Shown here one piece after another: positions 50,901 through 60,278 of a stretch of DNA of 64,000 bases. Under the pieces are notes generated by a model. The model worked only from the letters and a program-made list of their open reading frames with translations. It did no database searches and was not told the DNA's origin. Every line of letters begins with the position of its first letter. The stretch's first letter is position 1. The translations under genes were made by a program, and so were the position numbers. This DNA comes from Spirochaetia bacterium. GTDB lineage: Bacteria; Spirochaetota; Spirochaetia; WTKD01; G963693115. Where the stretch lies: positions 32,001-96,000 of the forward strand of contig CBDDCA010000002.1 in the NCBI GenBank assembly GCA_965226055.1. The letters are read 5' to 3'.

Positions 50901-51225
50901 TATTGCTACTCCCGGTACAGCAAAAGTATTTCTTGAAAATAATATACCATGTAAGGTAATATCTCGTGTATTTGAGGCAAAACGCAATGAATCAACTATT
51001 ATTGATGAATTACAAAAAGGAAATGTAGATCTCATCATAAACATCTTAAAAAGTGTTGATGCCCACTCTTTCTTAGATGATAAAGATATACGTAATGCTG
51101 CTTTACGTTATAGAATACCGTATATTTCAACTATCCCTGCATTAAATGCAGCCATTGAAGGTATAGAATTTCTTAAGAAAAACAAAGTGAGTGCAAGAAA
51201 ACTACATTATGATAGTAGTCTATAG
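47941..51225 (+). CDS. carB: Carbamoyl-phosphate synthase large subunit
   Basis: GSGPIIIGQACEFDYSG, GVHTGDS, EMNPRVSRSS, second ATP-grasp, MGS domain. Confidence 0.98.
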   Translation: MPKREDLEKILIIGSGPIIIGQACEFDYSGNQAVRALKEEGYTVILHNPNPATIMTTPGNAHIVYFDPLEPEYLIDILKKEKPDAILPTMGGQNALNLIMSFEEGQLENDYNVELIGAGLKSISLAEDRGLFKNLMTTIGLQSPVSALVKYEREALKVIDQVGFPVIIRPSFTLGGQGGSIAYHQKEFSEKLEKALRRSPVGTALVEESLLGYQEFEFEVMRDKEDNALVVCAIENIDPMGVHTGDSITVAPVQTLSDAEYQVLRSASIDILRAVGVECGGSNVQFAYNQATKRLLVIEMNPRVSRSSALASKVTGFPIAWSAAKLAVGYTLNEITNEITKNSTSFFEPALDYCAVKIPRFELQKFPIHELNTQMRSIGESLSFGTNFCEALNKAIRAIEIGYDGIEEELLSHEELQEKLQTLHPKRIFAIYTKLLREGEECIQSVSELTGYHPWVLYQLLRISNVEKKLKELSKDIQSGNVSQVCIDTIRTAKYMGFLNEKIATLLGVEVERIEEILHAYSIKKVYRCVDTCAAEFKASTPYYYGSYIGSTEHVPDSDKNIVILGSGPNRIGQGLEFDACCTLAAFAFQRRGFLVTIINSNPETVSTDYNVSNSLFFEPLSAEDVYDVLQEKNTRDMVVQLGGQTPITIIKKLQSKGIKPIGTSIDSIDIVESRKRFLDLLYEIQKDVDIDVIPGAIVHTITEVAGTADTIGFPILIRPSYVLGGQSMVVVYSQEELQRYISDNSTHLQENDLLVDKYLENAIEYDVDIVSDSESVYIAGILRHVEHAGVHSGDSACVFEPKVLQDEIAHKIYAASIAIVKKLSIKGLLNIQFASVGDKLYVLEANPRSSRTVPFISKTSGVDIIDMAVAIWTGEKLDEQPVFKERVMEGYENLAVGYSVEGYAIKESVFSFDRFDNIDPALGPEMRSTGEAIGLGDSFGEAFAKASMVASTHLPRTGTVCMSIAGKYKYSVLEQARQCIDLGFDIIATPGTAKVFLENNIPCKVISRVFEAKRNESTIIDELQKGNVDLIINILKSVDAHSFLDDKDIRNAALRYRIPYISTIPALNAAIEGIEFLKKNKVSARKLHYDSSL

Positions 51226-51256
51226 GAGTAGATGCTTTTATCGTTTTTTACTTGTT

Positions 51257-52849
51257 TTATTGTATGGTATTTTGTAGAGCATTAAAGTAGTATTCTACTC
51301 CATCCATAATAGCACCCCATGATGCTTCAATGATATTTTCGTTTACTCCAATGGTTTCCCAGCTATGTGTTCCATCCGAAAAAGATATAAACACACGAAC
51401 TTTTGCAGAAGTGTTATTTTCAGGATCAATCACTCGTACTCTATAATCAATAAGTTTTATATTGTTAATGGTAGGTAAATCATGACCCAAAGAATGTCTT
51501 AACGCAGTATCAAGTGCTTCAACAGGGCCATTTCCTGTAGCGGCCCCCATAAGTTCTTTTCCTTTATATTGTACAAAAATTCTGCATACTGTCTGGGCAG
51601 GATTAGTAAAGCTCTTAAACTGTTCAATGTGGTAGTTTTTTAATTGTATGATTGATTTCATTTTTCCCAACGCTCTTAGGATGATAAGCTCAAATGATGC
51701 CTCTGCTGTTTCATATTCATATCCATCTTGTTCGCGCTGCTTTAATTCCTGTATAATACCTTGTACAATAGGATCCTTTTTTGAAAACTCACCGTGTTTT
51801 TGTAAATATGCTACTATAGTGGATTTTCCTGCAAGTTCAGAAAGTAAGATACGGCGCTCATTTCCTACTTTTTTAGGCGAAATATGTTCCATAAGCTCTT
51901 TGTTTTTTAATATTACATCTGCATGTTGTCCTGCTTTATGGCTAAATGAAGCACGTCCTACAAATGGATCGCGAGGATTAGAGATAATATTTGCTTGTTC
52001 TGCTACAAAGCGTGATAATGAAGTGAGATGAGTTATTTCGCTTGCACAATGAGCAGTGTAGCGAGTATCTTTTAGTACTAAATTAGGTATTATAGTGCAG
52101 AGGTTTGCGTTGCCTGATCTTTCTCCCCAACCATTGATAGTTCCTTGTATATGTATTGCTCCTTCTTCAAGACATACGAGGCTATTTGCAGTAGCAACAC
52201 CGCAATCGTCATGAAAATGCCCACCAAGTGGTGCAATCGTTTGTTTTGGAAGATTGCTCATAATGTACTGTACTTCATGAGGAAGCGTTCCTCCATTGGT
52301 ATCACAGAGTACCAGTAAATCAGCGCCTGCTTCAGTTCCTACTTTGAGTACTTCAATAGAGTACTCACTATCCAGTTTAGAGCCATCAAAAAAATGCTCT
52401 AAATCAAGAATTACCGTTCTCCCATTCTCTTTGAGTATTCGTACTGATTCAAATGTTGCTTCAAGATAGGCTTCCTTTGATGCACGAATAACATCGTTCA
52501 CATGTGCAATTGATGATTTTGCCACTATAGTAACTATTTCTGTTTCAGCATTCAGAAGAGCATTTATATGATTATCATATTTGATGTCAGATGATATATT
52601 CGTACTTGGTTTTGCTGTAGAACCAAATGCAGCAATTTTTGCGTGTTGTAAATGGAGTTTTTTTACTTGGATAAAAAACTCATTTTCTTTTTCACTGGAA
52701 AGAGGAAACCCTCCTTCAATGTAATCTACTTGAAACTCATCAAGTTTTTGGGCTATTTTGAGTTTATTTTCTAAAGTATAATTGATTTGCATGCCTTGCA
52801 TACCATCACGTAAGCTGGTGTCATATATTTCTATATTTTTACTCTGCAT
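51257..52849 (-). CDS. cimA: Citramalate synthase
   Basis: YDTSLRDG.Q, EHFFDG, LCDTNGG, GTINGWGERSGNA, SELAGKS, GYEYE.AEASF. Confidence 0.88.
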   Translation of the reverse strand: MQSKNIEIYDTSLRDGMQGMQINYTLENKLKIAQKLDEFQVDYIEGGFPLSSEKENEFFIQVKKLHLQHAKIAAFGSTAKPSTNISSDIKYDNHINALLNAETEIVTIVAKSSIAHVNDVIRASKEAYLEATFESVRILKENGRTVILDLEHFFDGSKLDSEYSIEVLKVGTEAGADLLVLCDTNGGTLPHEVQYIMSNLPKQTIAPLGGHFHDDCGVATANSLVCLEEGAIHIQGTINGWGERSGNANLCTIIPNLVLKDTRYTAHCASEITHLTSLSRFVAEQANIISNPRDPFVGRASFSHKAGQHADVILKNKELMEHISPKKVGNERRILLSELAGKSTIVAYLQKHGEFSKKDPIVQGIIQELKQREQDGYEYETAEASFELIILRALGKMKSIIQLKNYHIEQFKSFTNPAQTVCRIFVQYKGKELMGAATGNGPVEALDTALRHSLGHDLPTINNIKLIDYRVRVIDPENNTSAKVRVFISFSDGTHSWETIGVNENIIEASWGAIMDGVEYYFNALQNTIQ

Positions 52850-52878
52850 ATAGTATCCTCGTATGTTAAAAAGGTATG

Positions 52879-54390
52879 TTACTCTTGTTGTAATTCATAA
52901 TGGTTTATTGCATGTATAAATGCTTGGACACTTGCTTCTAATATATTAGTAGAAGAAGCTCGTCCTATGCATTCACGATTATTTATGCTTGTCACGGCTA
53001 CTGCTTCACCTAGTGCATTTGTTCCAGGGCTGATTGCTGTAACATGATATTCTTCAAGAACGATATTATACTCCACTAAAGAAGATATAGCACTGAAGAT
53101 AGCATCAATAGGACCATCTCCTGAGGCTTCTGCTTTTTTTATGTTTCCTTTGTAGCTAATACTCACCACTGCTTTAGGATCTGTTCCAGGTTTAAGAAAC
53201 ATAGAAAAGTCTTCAATTTTGAAAAATTGACTCTGATTATTTTCTATAAAGCTACTTGCTATTACAATAAGGTCGGTATCATAAATTTCTTTTTTCTTAT
53301 CAGCTATTTCAAGAAATTTTTGATATATTTCTTGTATCTGCTGTTCTTCTACATGAATATTAAGATATTGTAATCTATTGCGTAACCCATGTAATCCTGA
53401 ATGTCTTCCTAGTACAATATTTTTGCTTGTGCGTCCAACATAGTCAGGAGTAAGAATTTCATATGTACTTCTATGTTTGAGTATTCCATCTTGGTGGATG
53501 CCTGCTTCGTGAGCGAAAGCATTTTCTCCTATAATTGCTTTATTTCGAGGAATAGGAAACCCAATAGTAGAACTTACTAGTTTTGATATAGAGAAGATTT
53601 TTTTATGATCAACATGTGTTTCTACTCCCCAATAGTCTTTTCTAATACCTAATCCAGTTATCACTTCTTCCATAGCAGCGTTTCCTGCACGTTCTCCAAT
53701 TCCGTTTACGGTAACTTCTGCTTGACGAGCTCCAGCCTTAATAGCACTAAGAGTATTTGCTGTTGCTAATCCTAAGTCATCATGACAGTGTATAGAAATA
53801 GTGATAGCATCTATATTTTTTACATGCTCTTTTAAGTAACGTATATAATCATACACTTCTGTTGGGGTAGCATAGCCTACTGTATCAGGAATATTTACTA
53901 CATCTGCACCAGCTTCAATTACTGCTTGCACTATTTGTGCTAAAAAATCTTTTTCTGTACGTAATGCATCTTCGGGTGAAAACTCTACTTCTGCACAGCG
54001 TTTTTTTGCATATGCTACTGCCCATGTTGCAATATCAATTATTTCTTCTTTTGATTTTTTGAGTTTATATTGTCGATGAATAGGAGAGCTAGCAAGGAAA
54101 GTATGAATACGAGGTTTTTCTGCTGGTTCTAATGCCTTTGCTGCTTGATCAATGTCTTTTTGTACCGCTCTTGCAAGACCAGTGATAGTAGCATTTCTCA
54201 CTTGTTGAGAAATAAGCTGTGTAGCATTGAACTGTTTTGGTGAAGATATAGGAAAACCAGCTTCTATAACATCAATGCCCATATCAGCAAGAGAATGAGC
54301 AATTTTTACTTTTTGTTCAATATCCATTGAGGCTCCGGGAGATTGTTCTCCGTCTCTCAAGGTTGTGTCAAATACTTTTACTTTTTCCAT
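52879..54390 (-). CDS. leuA: 2-isopropylmalate synthase
   Basis: FDTTLRDGEQSPG, HCHDDLG, GIGERAGNA, HEAGIHQDG. Confidence 0.96.
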   Translation of the reverse strand: MEKVKVFDTTLRDGEQSPGASMDIEQKVKIAHSLADMGIDVIEAGFPISSPKQFNATQLISQQVRNATITGLARAVQKDIDQAAKALEPAEKPRIHTFLASSPIHRQYKLKKSKEEIIDIATWAVAYAKKRCAEVEFSPEDALRTEKDFLAQIVQAVIEAGADVVNIPDTVGYATPTEVYDYIRYLKEHVKNIDAITISIHCHDDLGLATANTLSAIKAGARQAEVTVNGIGERAGNAAMEEVITGLGIRKDYWGVETHVDHKKIFSISKLVSSTIGFPIPRNKAIIGENAFAHEAGIHQDGILKHRSTYEILTPDYVGRTSKNIVLGRHSGLHGLRNRLQYLNIHVEEQQIQEIYQKFLEIADKKKEIYDTDLIVIASSFIENNQSQFFKIEDFSMFLKPGTDPKAVVSISYKGNIKKAEASGDGPIDAIFSAISSLVEYNIVLEEYHVTAISPGTNALGEAVAVTSINNRECIGRASSTNILEASVQAFIHAINHYELQQE

Positions 54391-54434
54391 ACTACCTCCT
54401 TAGATTGTATGTGTCATTAACAATACAGTGAATA

Positions 54435-54469
54435 ATAAAAAAGCCGTCCATGAAGGACGGCTTTTTTAT
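54435..54469 (-). terminator. Attenuator terminator in the leuA leader
   Basis: AAAAAAGCCGTCC-TTCAT-GGACGGCTTTTTT located between promoter and leuA. Confidence 0.9.
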
Positions 54470-54486
54470 CCTTCTTCCTTCTATCT

Positions 54487-54537
54487 TTATGAGATAAGAA
54501 GAAGAATTATTGACTGTATTGTTATATTTCTTTCCAT
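54487..54537 (-). CDS. Leader peptide MERNITIQSIILLLIS
   Basis: ATA ATT CTT CTT CTT ATC control codons just upstream of antiterminator/terminator. Confidence 0.8.
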   Translation of the reverse strand: MERNITIQSIILLLIS

Positions 54538-54565
54538 AAAAATACCATAGTGTATCTTTCTTTCT

Positions 54566-54594
54566 ATTATAAGTAGAAGAAACAAATATGTCAA
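54566..54594 (-). promoter_or_regulatory. Consensus sigma70 promoter of the leader-leuA-cimA operon
   Basis: TTGACA-17nt-TATAAT. Confidence 0.88.
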
Positions 54595-54670
54595 GTGTAA
54601 CGGAAACTCATGGTGCCACTACAAATTATTTTGTGCAAGAAACAATAAAATATATTACAATAAAGTACAT

Positions 54671-55270
54671 ATGGCAAACTCAAACAGTTGGGAAAAAATA
54701 TTTGAAGATTACAATATATTATCTCACAATTTTGACAAATCTCCTTTTGAGATTACCAGTGAAATGATAAAAAAAAGCTGCCAAGATTTTGAAAAAACAG
54801 GTGAGAAAGAAGTAAGAATACTTTGTAAGCAAGATTCAAGAGAAGACAGACCTGATATAATGATAGAGCATGGTTTGTTTTTGCTTCCAATTAAAAATGG
54901 AACATATATCATCTTAAAAGGTGAAGGGTATACTGATATTCCAGATATTACTTTGGAAAGTGAAACATATATTTCTAAATTATCATTTACTCCTGATAGT
55001 GTTAAGGTAGGAAATTCTGAAATGCAACATCTGGATTATGCCTATGCATGTAGTATTGTTCGCACCTTTATGGATGATGAAGATCTCATGCTAACGATAC
55101 GAGGAAGAAAATATACTCCTCAATTTTCATTTAATATAAAAAATCACAAAATTATGGTAGAAAGTGTACAAACAGAAGTAGATGCAGGTTACGAAAGTAA
55201 GGATAAAATAGTCCTTATTGAAGCAAAAAATTCACATACTAAAAATGTAATAAATAGTATTAATGAGTAA
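54671..55270 (+). pseudogene. Type II restriction endonuclease-like (PD-(D/E)xK) gene, apparently 3'-truncated
   Basis: EVDAGYE...LIEAK core, then ends about 12 aa later overlapping the MTase start. Confidence 0.6.
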
Positions 55271-56111
55271 TACATATACCCTTATTGAAGGTGATTGCCT
55301 TGAAAAATTAGAACATATAGAAAAAAAATCAATCGATATGATATTTGCTGATCCTCCCTATTTTCTTTCTAATGATGGGTTTACTTGCAAAGGAGGAAAA
55401 GCTGTTAGTGTAAATAAGGGCGATTGGGATAAAAGCATGGGCTTTGAAAACAATATCATGTTTACTGAAAAATGGATTGCCAAGTGTAAAGAATTACTTA
55501 CTGATAATGGTACTATATGGATATCTGGAACAATGCATAATATTTATGCTGTAGGATATATTTTACAAAAATTACATTTTTCAATTATGAATGATATTTC
55601 TTGGTACAAACCCAATGCTCCGCCACATATAGCCTGTAGATATTTCGCTCATGCCCACGAAACACTTTTATGGGCTAAAAAAACAAAAAAAGCAAAGCAT
55701 ACATTTCATTATGAGTACATGAAAAACTGGGATAATACAAAAGATATGATAAAAAATGCTGGAAAACAAATGAGAAGTGTATGGAGCATCCCTTTAACTC
55801 CACAAAAAGAAAAAAAAGAAGGCAAACATCCTACTCAAAAGCCTGAAGAACTTTTACGAAGGATAATTCTATCATCTACCAATGAAGGAGATATGGTGCT
55901 TGATCCTTTTATGGGAAGTGGTACTACAGGTAAGGTTGCTCTAGAATGTAATAGAAATTTTATTGGTATAGAATCTCATAAAGAATATATTGCTATTGCA
56001 AAAAAAAGAATAGAGAACATGTCACAACAGGAAAAGTATTATACACTACAATTTCTTGAAAATGAAAAACTGATAGAGCCTGACTTAGATACAAAAGTTA
56101 CACTAAACTAA
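55263..56111 (+). CDS. Beta-class amino-DNA methyltransferase (DpnA/M2.MboI-like)
   Basis: FADPPY, SVNKGDWD, HPTQKP, LDPFMGSGTTG in motif IV then motif I order. Confidence 0.9.
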   Translation: MSNTYTLIEGDCLEKLEHIEKKSIDMIFADPPYFLSNDGFTCKGGKAVSVNKGDWDKSMGFENNIMFTEKWIAKCKELLTDNGTIWISGTMHNIYAVGYILQKLHFSIMNDISWYKPNAPPHIACRYFAHAHETLLWAKKTKKAKHTFHYEYMKNWDNTKDMIKNAGKQMRSVWSIPLTPQKEKKEGKHPTQKPEELLRRIILSSTNEGDMVLDPFMGSGTTGKVALECNRNFIGIESHKEYIAIAKKRIENMSQQEKYYTLQFLENEKLIEPDLDTKVTLN

Positions 56112-56179
56112 TATCTTTTGCCTGCTGCGATCTCAAAGACTCAGTGCAGTATTTTTGCATTTGTTTTATACTATGAGTA

Positions 56180-57763
56180 ATGTCTATGTTTTATTCTCAA
56201 GAGGAGACAAAACAATTTCTTAGTACTCATACTATTGTGCCAGTAGTTTCTCTTATACCGATGAACTTTGATAGTTCTCTTTCTATTTTTCTTAAGGTAA
56301 AAGGAAATTTTTTGCTTGAATCGGCTGAAAGTGCCGAATCGATGGGACGATATTCTTTTATTGCAATAGAAGCTCAAAGAAAATTTATACTACAAGAAAC
56401 AAGCGTGGAAGATTGGAAGAAAAATAGCATAAATGGGGAATTTGATCGTATAGCAATAAAACATATGAGAAATCCTCTTGATTACATAAGTGAACAAATG
56501 AAGTTATTTCATGTTGATTCTGATAGTTACTATACATTACCTCCTTTTTGGGGAGGGCTTTTAGGTTATTTTGGATATGAAGGCATTCAATACTTTGAAA
56601 CAATAGAGAATTTACAAAAGAAAAGTTTATTAGATATGCCGCTAGGAATTTTTATTATTCCGCAACAATTACTTGTAGTAGATCATCTTAAAAGACAGCT
56701 CTGGATTATTTCTTATATTGAAAAGCAGGAGCTTGAACAAAGTGGTATATCTTTTGAAAATACTTTTACTGCTATTACGAAAAAACATGAAGAGATTATT
56801 GAAAAAGTAACAGCACCATTACCCTATATTGCGTGGGAATATGAAAAAAGTATTCGAGAACGATCAGCACGTGTACATACTATAAAAAAATTAAATACGC
56901 TAGAAAGACTGAGTGTATTAGAGGATATGTTAGAACCACAATATCATACAAGTGAAGATGAATTTAAAGAAAATGTTCGATATTGTGTAGAAAGAATTTA
57001 TGCAGGAGATATTATTCAAGTAGTGCCTTCTCGTCAAATTTCTATTCATTTTCAACATAAGGATGAAGTCTTATTTTATTTGAGGTTGCGTAATGTAAAC
57101 CCGTCTCCTTATATGTTTTTTCTCCGTTTTGATGATTTTACCATTATAGGAAGTTCCCCTGAAAGTATGGTGTCTCTTGATGAAAATAGAACTATGAGCA
57201 TTAAGCCAATTGCAGGTACTATTCAAAGAGGGAATACAAAAAAAGAAGAGGCTTTGTTACGTACTACTCTTATTTCTGATGAAAAAGAACGTGCTGAACA
57301 TCTTATGCTGGTTGATCTTGCAAGAAATGATCTGCATCGTATTGCGGTTCCCGGTACAGTGACTGTTCCTGATTTTATGCAGATACAGGCTTTTTCTCAT
57401 GTGTTTCATATTGTGTCAAATGTGAAAGGAGAGTTACTTCCTGAATGTAATGGCTTTGATTTGATTAAAGCAAGTTTTCCTGCTGGAACTTTGAGTGGAG
57501 CTCCTAAGATAGAAGCTATGAATATTATTGGAAGAAGAGAATCGTATATGCGAAATATATATGGTGGTATGATAATGGTAATGGGCTTTAATGAGTACAT
57601 AGATTCTTGTATTGCTATACGTACCACTGTAGTCCATAAAAATCGCGCATATTTGCAAGCAGGGGCAGGTATTGTAGCTGATTCAAACGAAGAGAAGGAA
57701 TGGCAGGAAACAGAGCTAAAACTTGGTGCTTTGCTTCAGAGTTTTGTGGATATACGCGAATAA
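56180..57763 (+). CDS. trpE: Anthranilate synthase component I
   Basis: LLESA, NPSPYMF, GSSPE, PIAGT, KERAEHLMLVDLARND, PAGTLSGAPK. Confidence 0.95.
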   Translation: MSMFYSQEETKQFLSTHTIVPVVSLIPMNFDSSLSIFLKVKGNFLLESAESAESMGRYSFIAIEAQRKFILQETSVEDWKKNSINGEFDRIAIKHMRNPLDYISEQMKLFHVDSDSYYTLPPFWGGLLGYFGYEGIQYFETIENLQKKSLLDMPLGIFIIPQQLLVVDHLKRQLWIISYIEKQELEQSGISFENTFTAITKKHEEIIEKVTAPLPYIAWEYEKSIRERSARVHTIKKLNTLERLSVLEDMLEPQYHTSEDEFKENVRYCVERIYAGDIIQVVPSRQISIHFQHKDEVLFYLRLRNVNPSPYMFFLRFDDFTIIGSSPESMVSLDENRTMSIKPIAGTIQRGNTKKEEALLRTTLISDEKERAEHLMLVDLARNDLHRIAVPGTVTVPDFMQIQAFSHVFHIVSNVKGELLPECNGFDLIKASFPAGTLSGAPKIEAMNIIGRRESYMRNIYGGMIMVMGFNEYIDSCIAIRTTVVHKNRAYLQAGAGIVADSNEEKEWQETELKLGALLQSFVDIRE

Positions 57764-57795
57764 ATAGAGTATAATAATGCATATAGCGAGGTTGT

Positions 57796-58380
57796 ATGAT
57801 AATAGTAATAGATAATTATGATTCGTTTACCTATAATATTGTAAGTTATTATCAAGGCAAAAAGAAAGATATACGAGTCATACGTAATGATGAGCAGAGT
57901 ATTGAGCAAATAGTATCACAGAATCCAGAATGTATTATTCTTTCCCCTGGACCTAAATCTCCTACAGAAGCAGGAATATGTCTTCGTTTAATACAGCATA
58001 GTGCTGCTATGAAATCACCAATACCTTTGTTTGGGGTATGTTTAGGATGTCAAGCCTTAGCACAAGCCTACGATGCACATATCATTACTGCAAAAAAAAT
58101 GTATCATGGCAAAGTATCGCATATAGAACATGATGGAAAAGGAGTGTTTAGTGGTATAGAAAATCCTATTGTACAAACACGTTACCACTCTCTTGTTATT
58201 GATAAAGCTACATTGTCTCCTGAGTATGAAATAAGTGCTATAAGCGAAGATGGTGAGATTATGGGAATTCGGCATACACGGTTGCCTTTTGAGGGAGTGC
58301 AGTTTCATCCTGAATCTATTTCGTCAGTGCATGGGACTACTATACTTGATAATGCTTTGTCATATATGAAGCGTACATGA
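57796..58380 (+). CDS. trpG: Anthranilate synthase component II
   Basis: IDNYDSFTYN, SPGP, GVCLG.Q, RYHSL, QFHPES. Confidence 0.93.
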   Translation: MIIVIDNYDSFTYNIVSYYQGKKKDIRVIRNDEQSIEQIVSQNPECIILSPGPKSPTEAGICLRLIQHSAAMKSPIPLFGVCLGCQALAQAYDAHIITAKKMYHGKVSHIEHDGKGVFSGIENPIVQTRYHSLVIDKATLSPEYEISAISEDGEIMGIRHTRLPFEGVQFHPESISSVHGTTILDNALSYMKRT

Positions 58381-58412
58381 ATATATAAAAGAGAATAGGG
58401 AGTACTATTACT

Positions 58413-59474
58413 ATGTTGAGAGATTGTATTGAAAGTATACTTGAACAAAAGAATATAAGTCTCGTTCAAGCAAAGGCTATTATGGATCAGATAGCAAGCG
58501 GTGCATTATCGCCTGAAGAAATAGCTATGTTTCTTACTGCTATGAGAATGAAGCAGGAAAGTGCAGATGAGATTGCAGGGGTAGTAATGAGTGCAAAAGA
58601 GCATGCTATCTCTTTGCCACTGCTAGCAAAATACGATACATTATGTGATATTGTAGGTACAGGTGGAGATGGAAGTAATACTATCAATATTTCTACTCTT
58701 AGTGGTTTTATTGCAGCAGGGGCAGGAGCGAAGGTTGCAAAGCATGGAAACAGAGCAGTATCTTCAAAATGTGGAAGTGCAGATGTACTTGAAGCTCTTG
58801 ATGTAAATATTCAGGCATCAAAAGAAACAGTAGCACATATGATTGATAAGGCAGGTATGGGGTTTATGTTTGCTCCTCTGTATCATCCAGCAATGAAATA
58901 TGTTGCTCCTGTTCGTAAAGCATTAAAGATACGTACTTTGTTTAATATATTAGGGCCACTTATCAACCCTGCATCTGTTCCAAATATACTTTTAGGAGTA
59001 TACAGTCGTGAAAAAATGGAGCTTATGGCACATGCTCTCCTCCGTTTACATACTGTTCATGCAATGGTGGTATGGTCTCATGACAATACCGATGAAATAA
59101 GTGTGAGTGCAGACACAGAAATCATGGAAGTAAAAAATCTTGAAATAAAACGCTATACTATTCAGCCAAAAGAGTATGGATTTCATTATCAAAAAGAAAG
59201 TGATATACAAAAAGTACAGCAGGAAATACAAGGAGGAAGTGCTACCGATAATGCACAAAAAATAGTACAGGTACTGCAACAAAAGAGTACAGGTGTAGTA
59301 AGAGATATTGGTATAATGAATGCAGCAGCACTGTTGTATGTCTCAGGGCTGTGTTCTTCTATTGAAGAAGGCATTGACAAAGCAAGCGAATCTATTGATA
59401 GCGGAAAAGCCTTGCAATGTTTAGAGAGCATGCGGATGGTGAGTAAAAGCGATATGCAAAGTAATGCTATTTGA
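58413..59474 (+). CDS. trpD: Anthranilate phosphoribosyltransferase
   Basis: GTGGDG.NTINIST, KHGNR..SS.CGSADVLE, RT.FN.LGPL.NP. Confidence 0.97.
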   Translation: MLRDCIESILEQKNISLVQAKAIMDQIASGALSPEEIAMFLTAMRMKQESADEIAGVVMSAKEHAISLPLLAKYDTLCDIVGTGGDGSNTINISTLSGFIAAGAGAKVAKHGNRAVSSKCGSADVLEALDVNIQASKETVAHMIDKAGMGFMFAPLYHPAMKYVAPVRKALKIRTLFNILGPLINPASVPNILLGVYSREKMELMAHALLRLHTVHAMVVWSHDNTDEISVSADTEIMEVKNLEIKRYTIQPKEYGFHYQKESDIQKVQQEIQGGSATDNAQKIVQVLQQKSTGVVRDIGIMNAAALLYVSGLCSSIEEGIDKASESIDSGKALQCLESMRMVSKSDMQSNAI

Positions 59475-59526
59475 AAAAATACTATTTTTGTACTGTTAAT
59501 ACTACAATATCCTGTATACTTAAATA

Positions 59527-60261
59527 ATGAATACTACTGTTTCTCCAATAAGCATTTCAACATTACTTTTATTGTTTATTCCTATAAGTATATCACTTGC
59601 TATTCTCTTTCGTAAAAAAGTTGCATTTGGTAATACGCTCTATGCGTTTTTACGTATGATAGTACAGCTTATCATTGTTGGGTTTACATTAAACTTTATT
59701 TTTGCTTCAAATAATGGGTTTTTTGTGATAATAGTACTATTAGTCATGATATTGGTTTCTAGTTGGATATCCATCAGAACTCTTCATAAAGGGAAAAAGC
59801 ATATATTTCCCTCTGCTTTTTTAGCTATTCTTATTGGTGGTGGGTTTCACGTATTTTTTATGACTCAGGTAATTATACGCATTCGTCCTTGGTTTTATCC
59901 TACCTCAATGATACCCTTATCAGGAATGATATTTTCAAGTTCATTAAATGGTATCAGTCTTTTTATTGAAAGATACCAAAGAGAGAGAAATAATGGTGTT
60001 TTTGTACATCAAGCTGAAAAATTTGCATTTCATGCTGCGCTTATTCCTGCAATAAATAATTTTTTTGCGGTGGGGCTAGTATCATTTCCTGGACTTATGA
60101 CAGGACAAATATTGTCAGGCATATCTCCTTTTGTTGCAGTAAGGTATCAGATTGTAATACTTACAATGATTGTAAGCTCACAGATTCTTGTCATATACTT
60201 ATTTTCACGGTTTATTAGAAAAAAACATGAACTATGTTTGTACACAGAGGATAGAGTGTAG
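59527..60261 (+). CDS. UPF0014/FetB-like ABC permease
   Basis: RM.VQL..VG, IPL.GMI, GLVS.PG.MTGQILSG.SP..AVRYQI. Confidence 0.88.
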   Translation: MNTTVSPISISTLLLLFIPISISLAILFRKKVAFGNTLYAFLRMIVQLIIVGFTLNFIFASNNGFFVIIVLLVMILVSSWISIRTLHKGKKHIFPSAFLAILIGGGFHVFFMTQVIIRIRPWFYPTSMIPLSGMIFSSSLNGISLFIERYQRERNNGVFVHQAEKFAFHAALIPAINNFFAVGLVSFPGLMTGQILSGISPFVAVRYQIVILTMIVSSQILVIYLFSRFIRKKHELCLYTEDRV

Positions 60262-60278
60262 TATACTATACTCATAGT

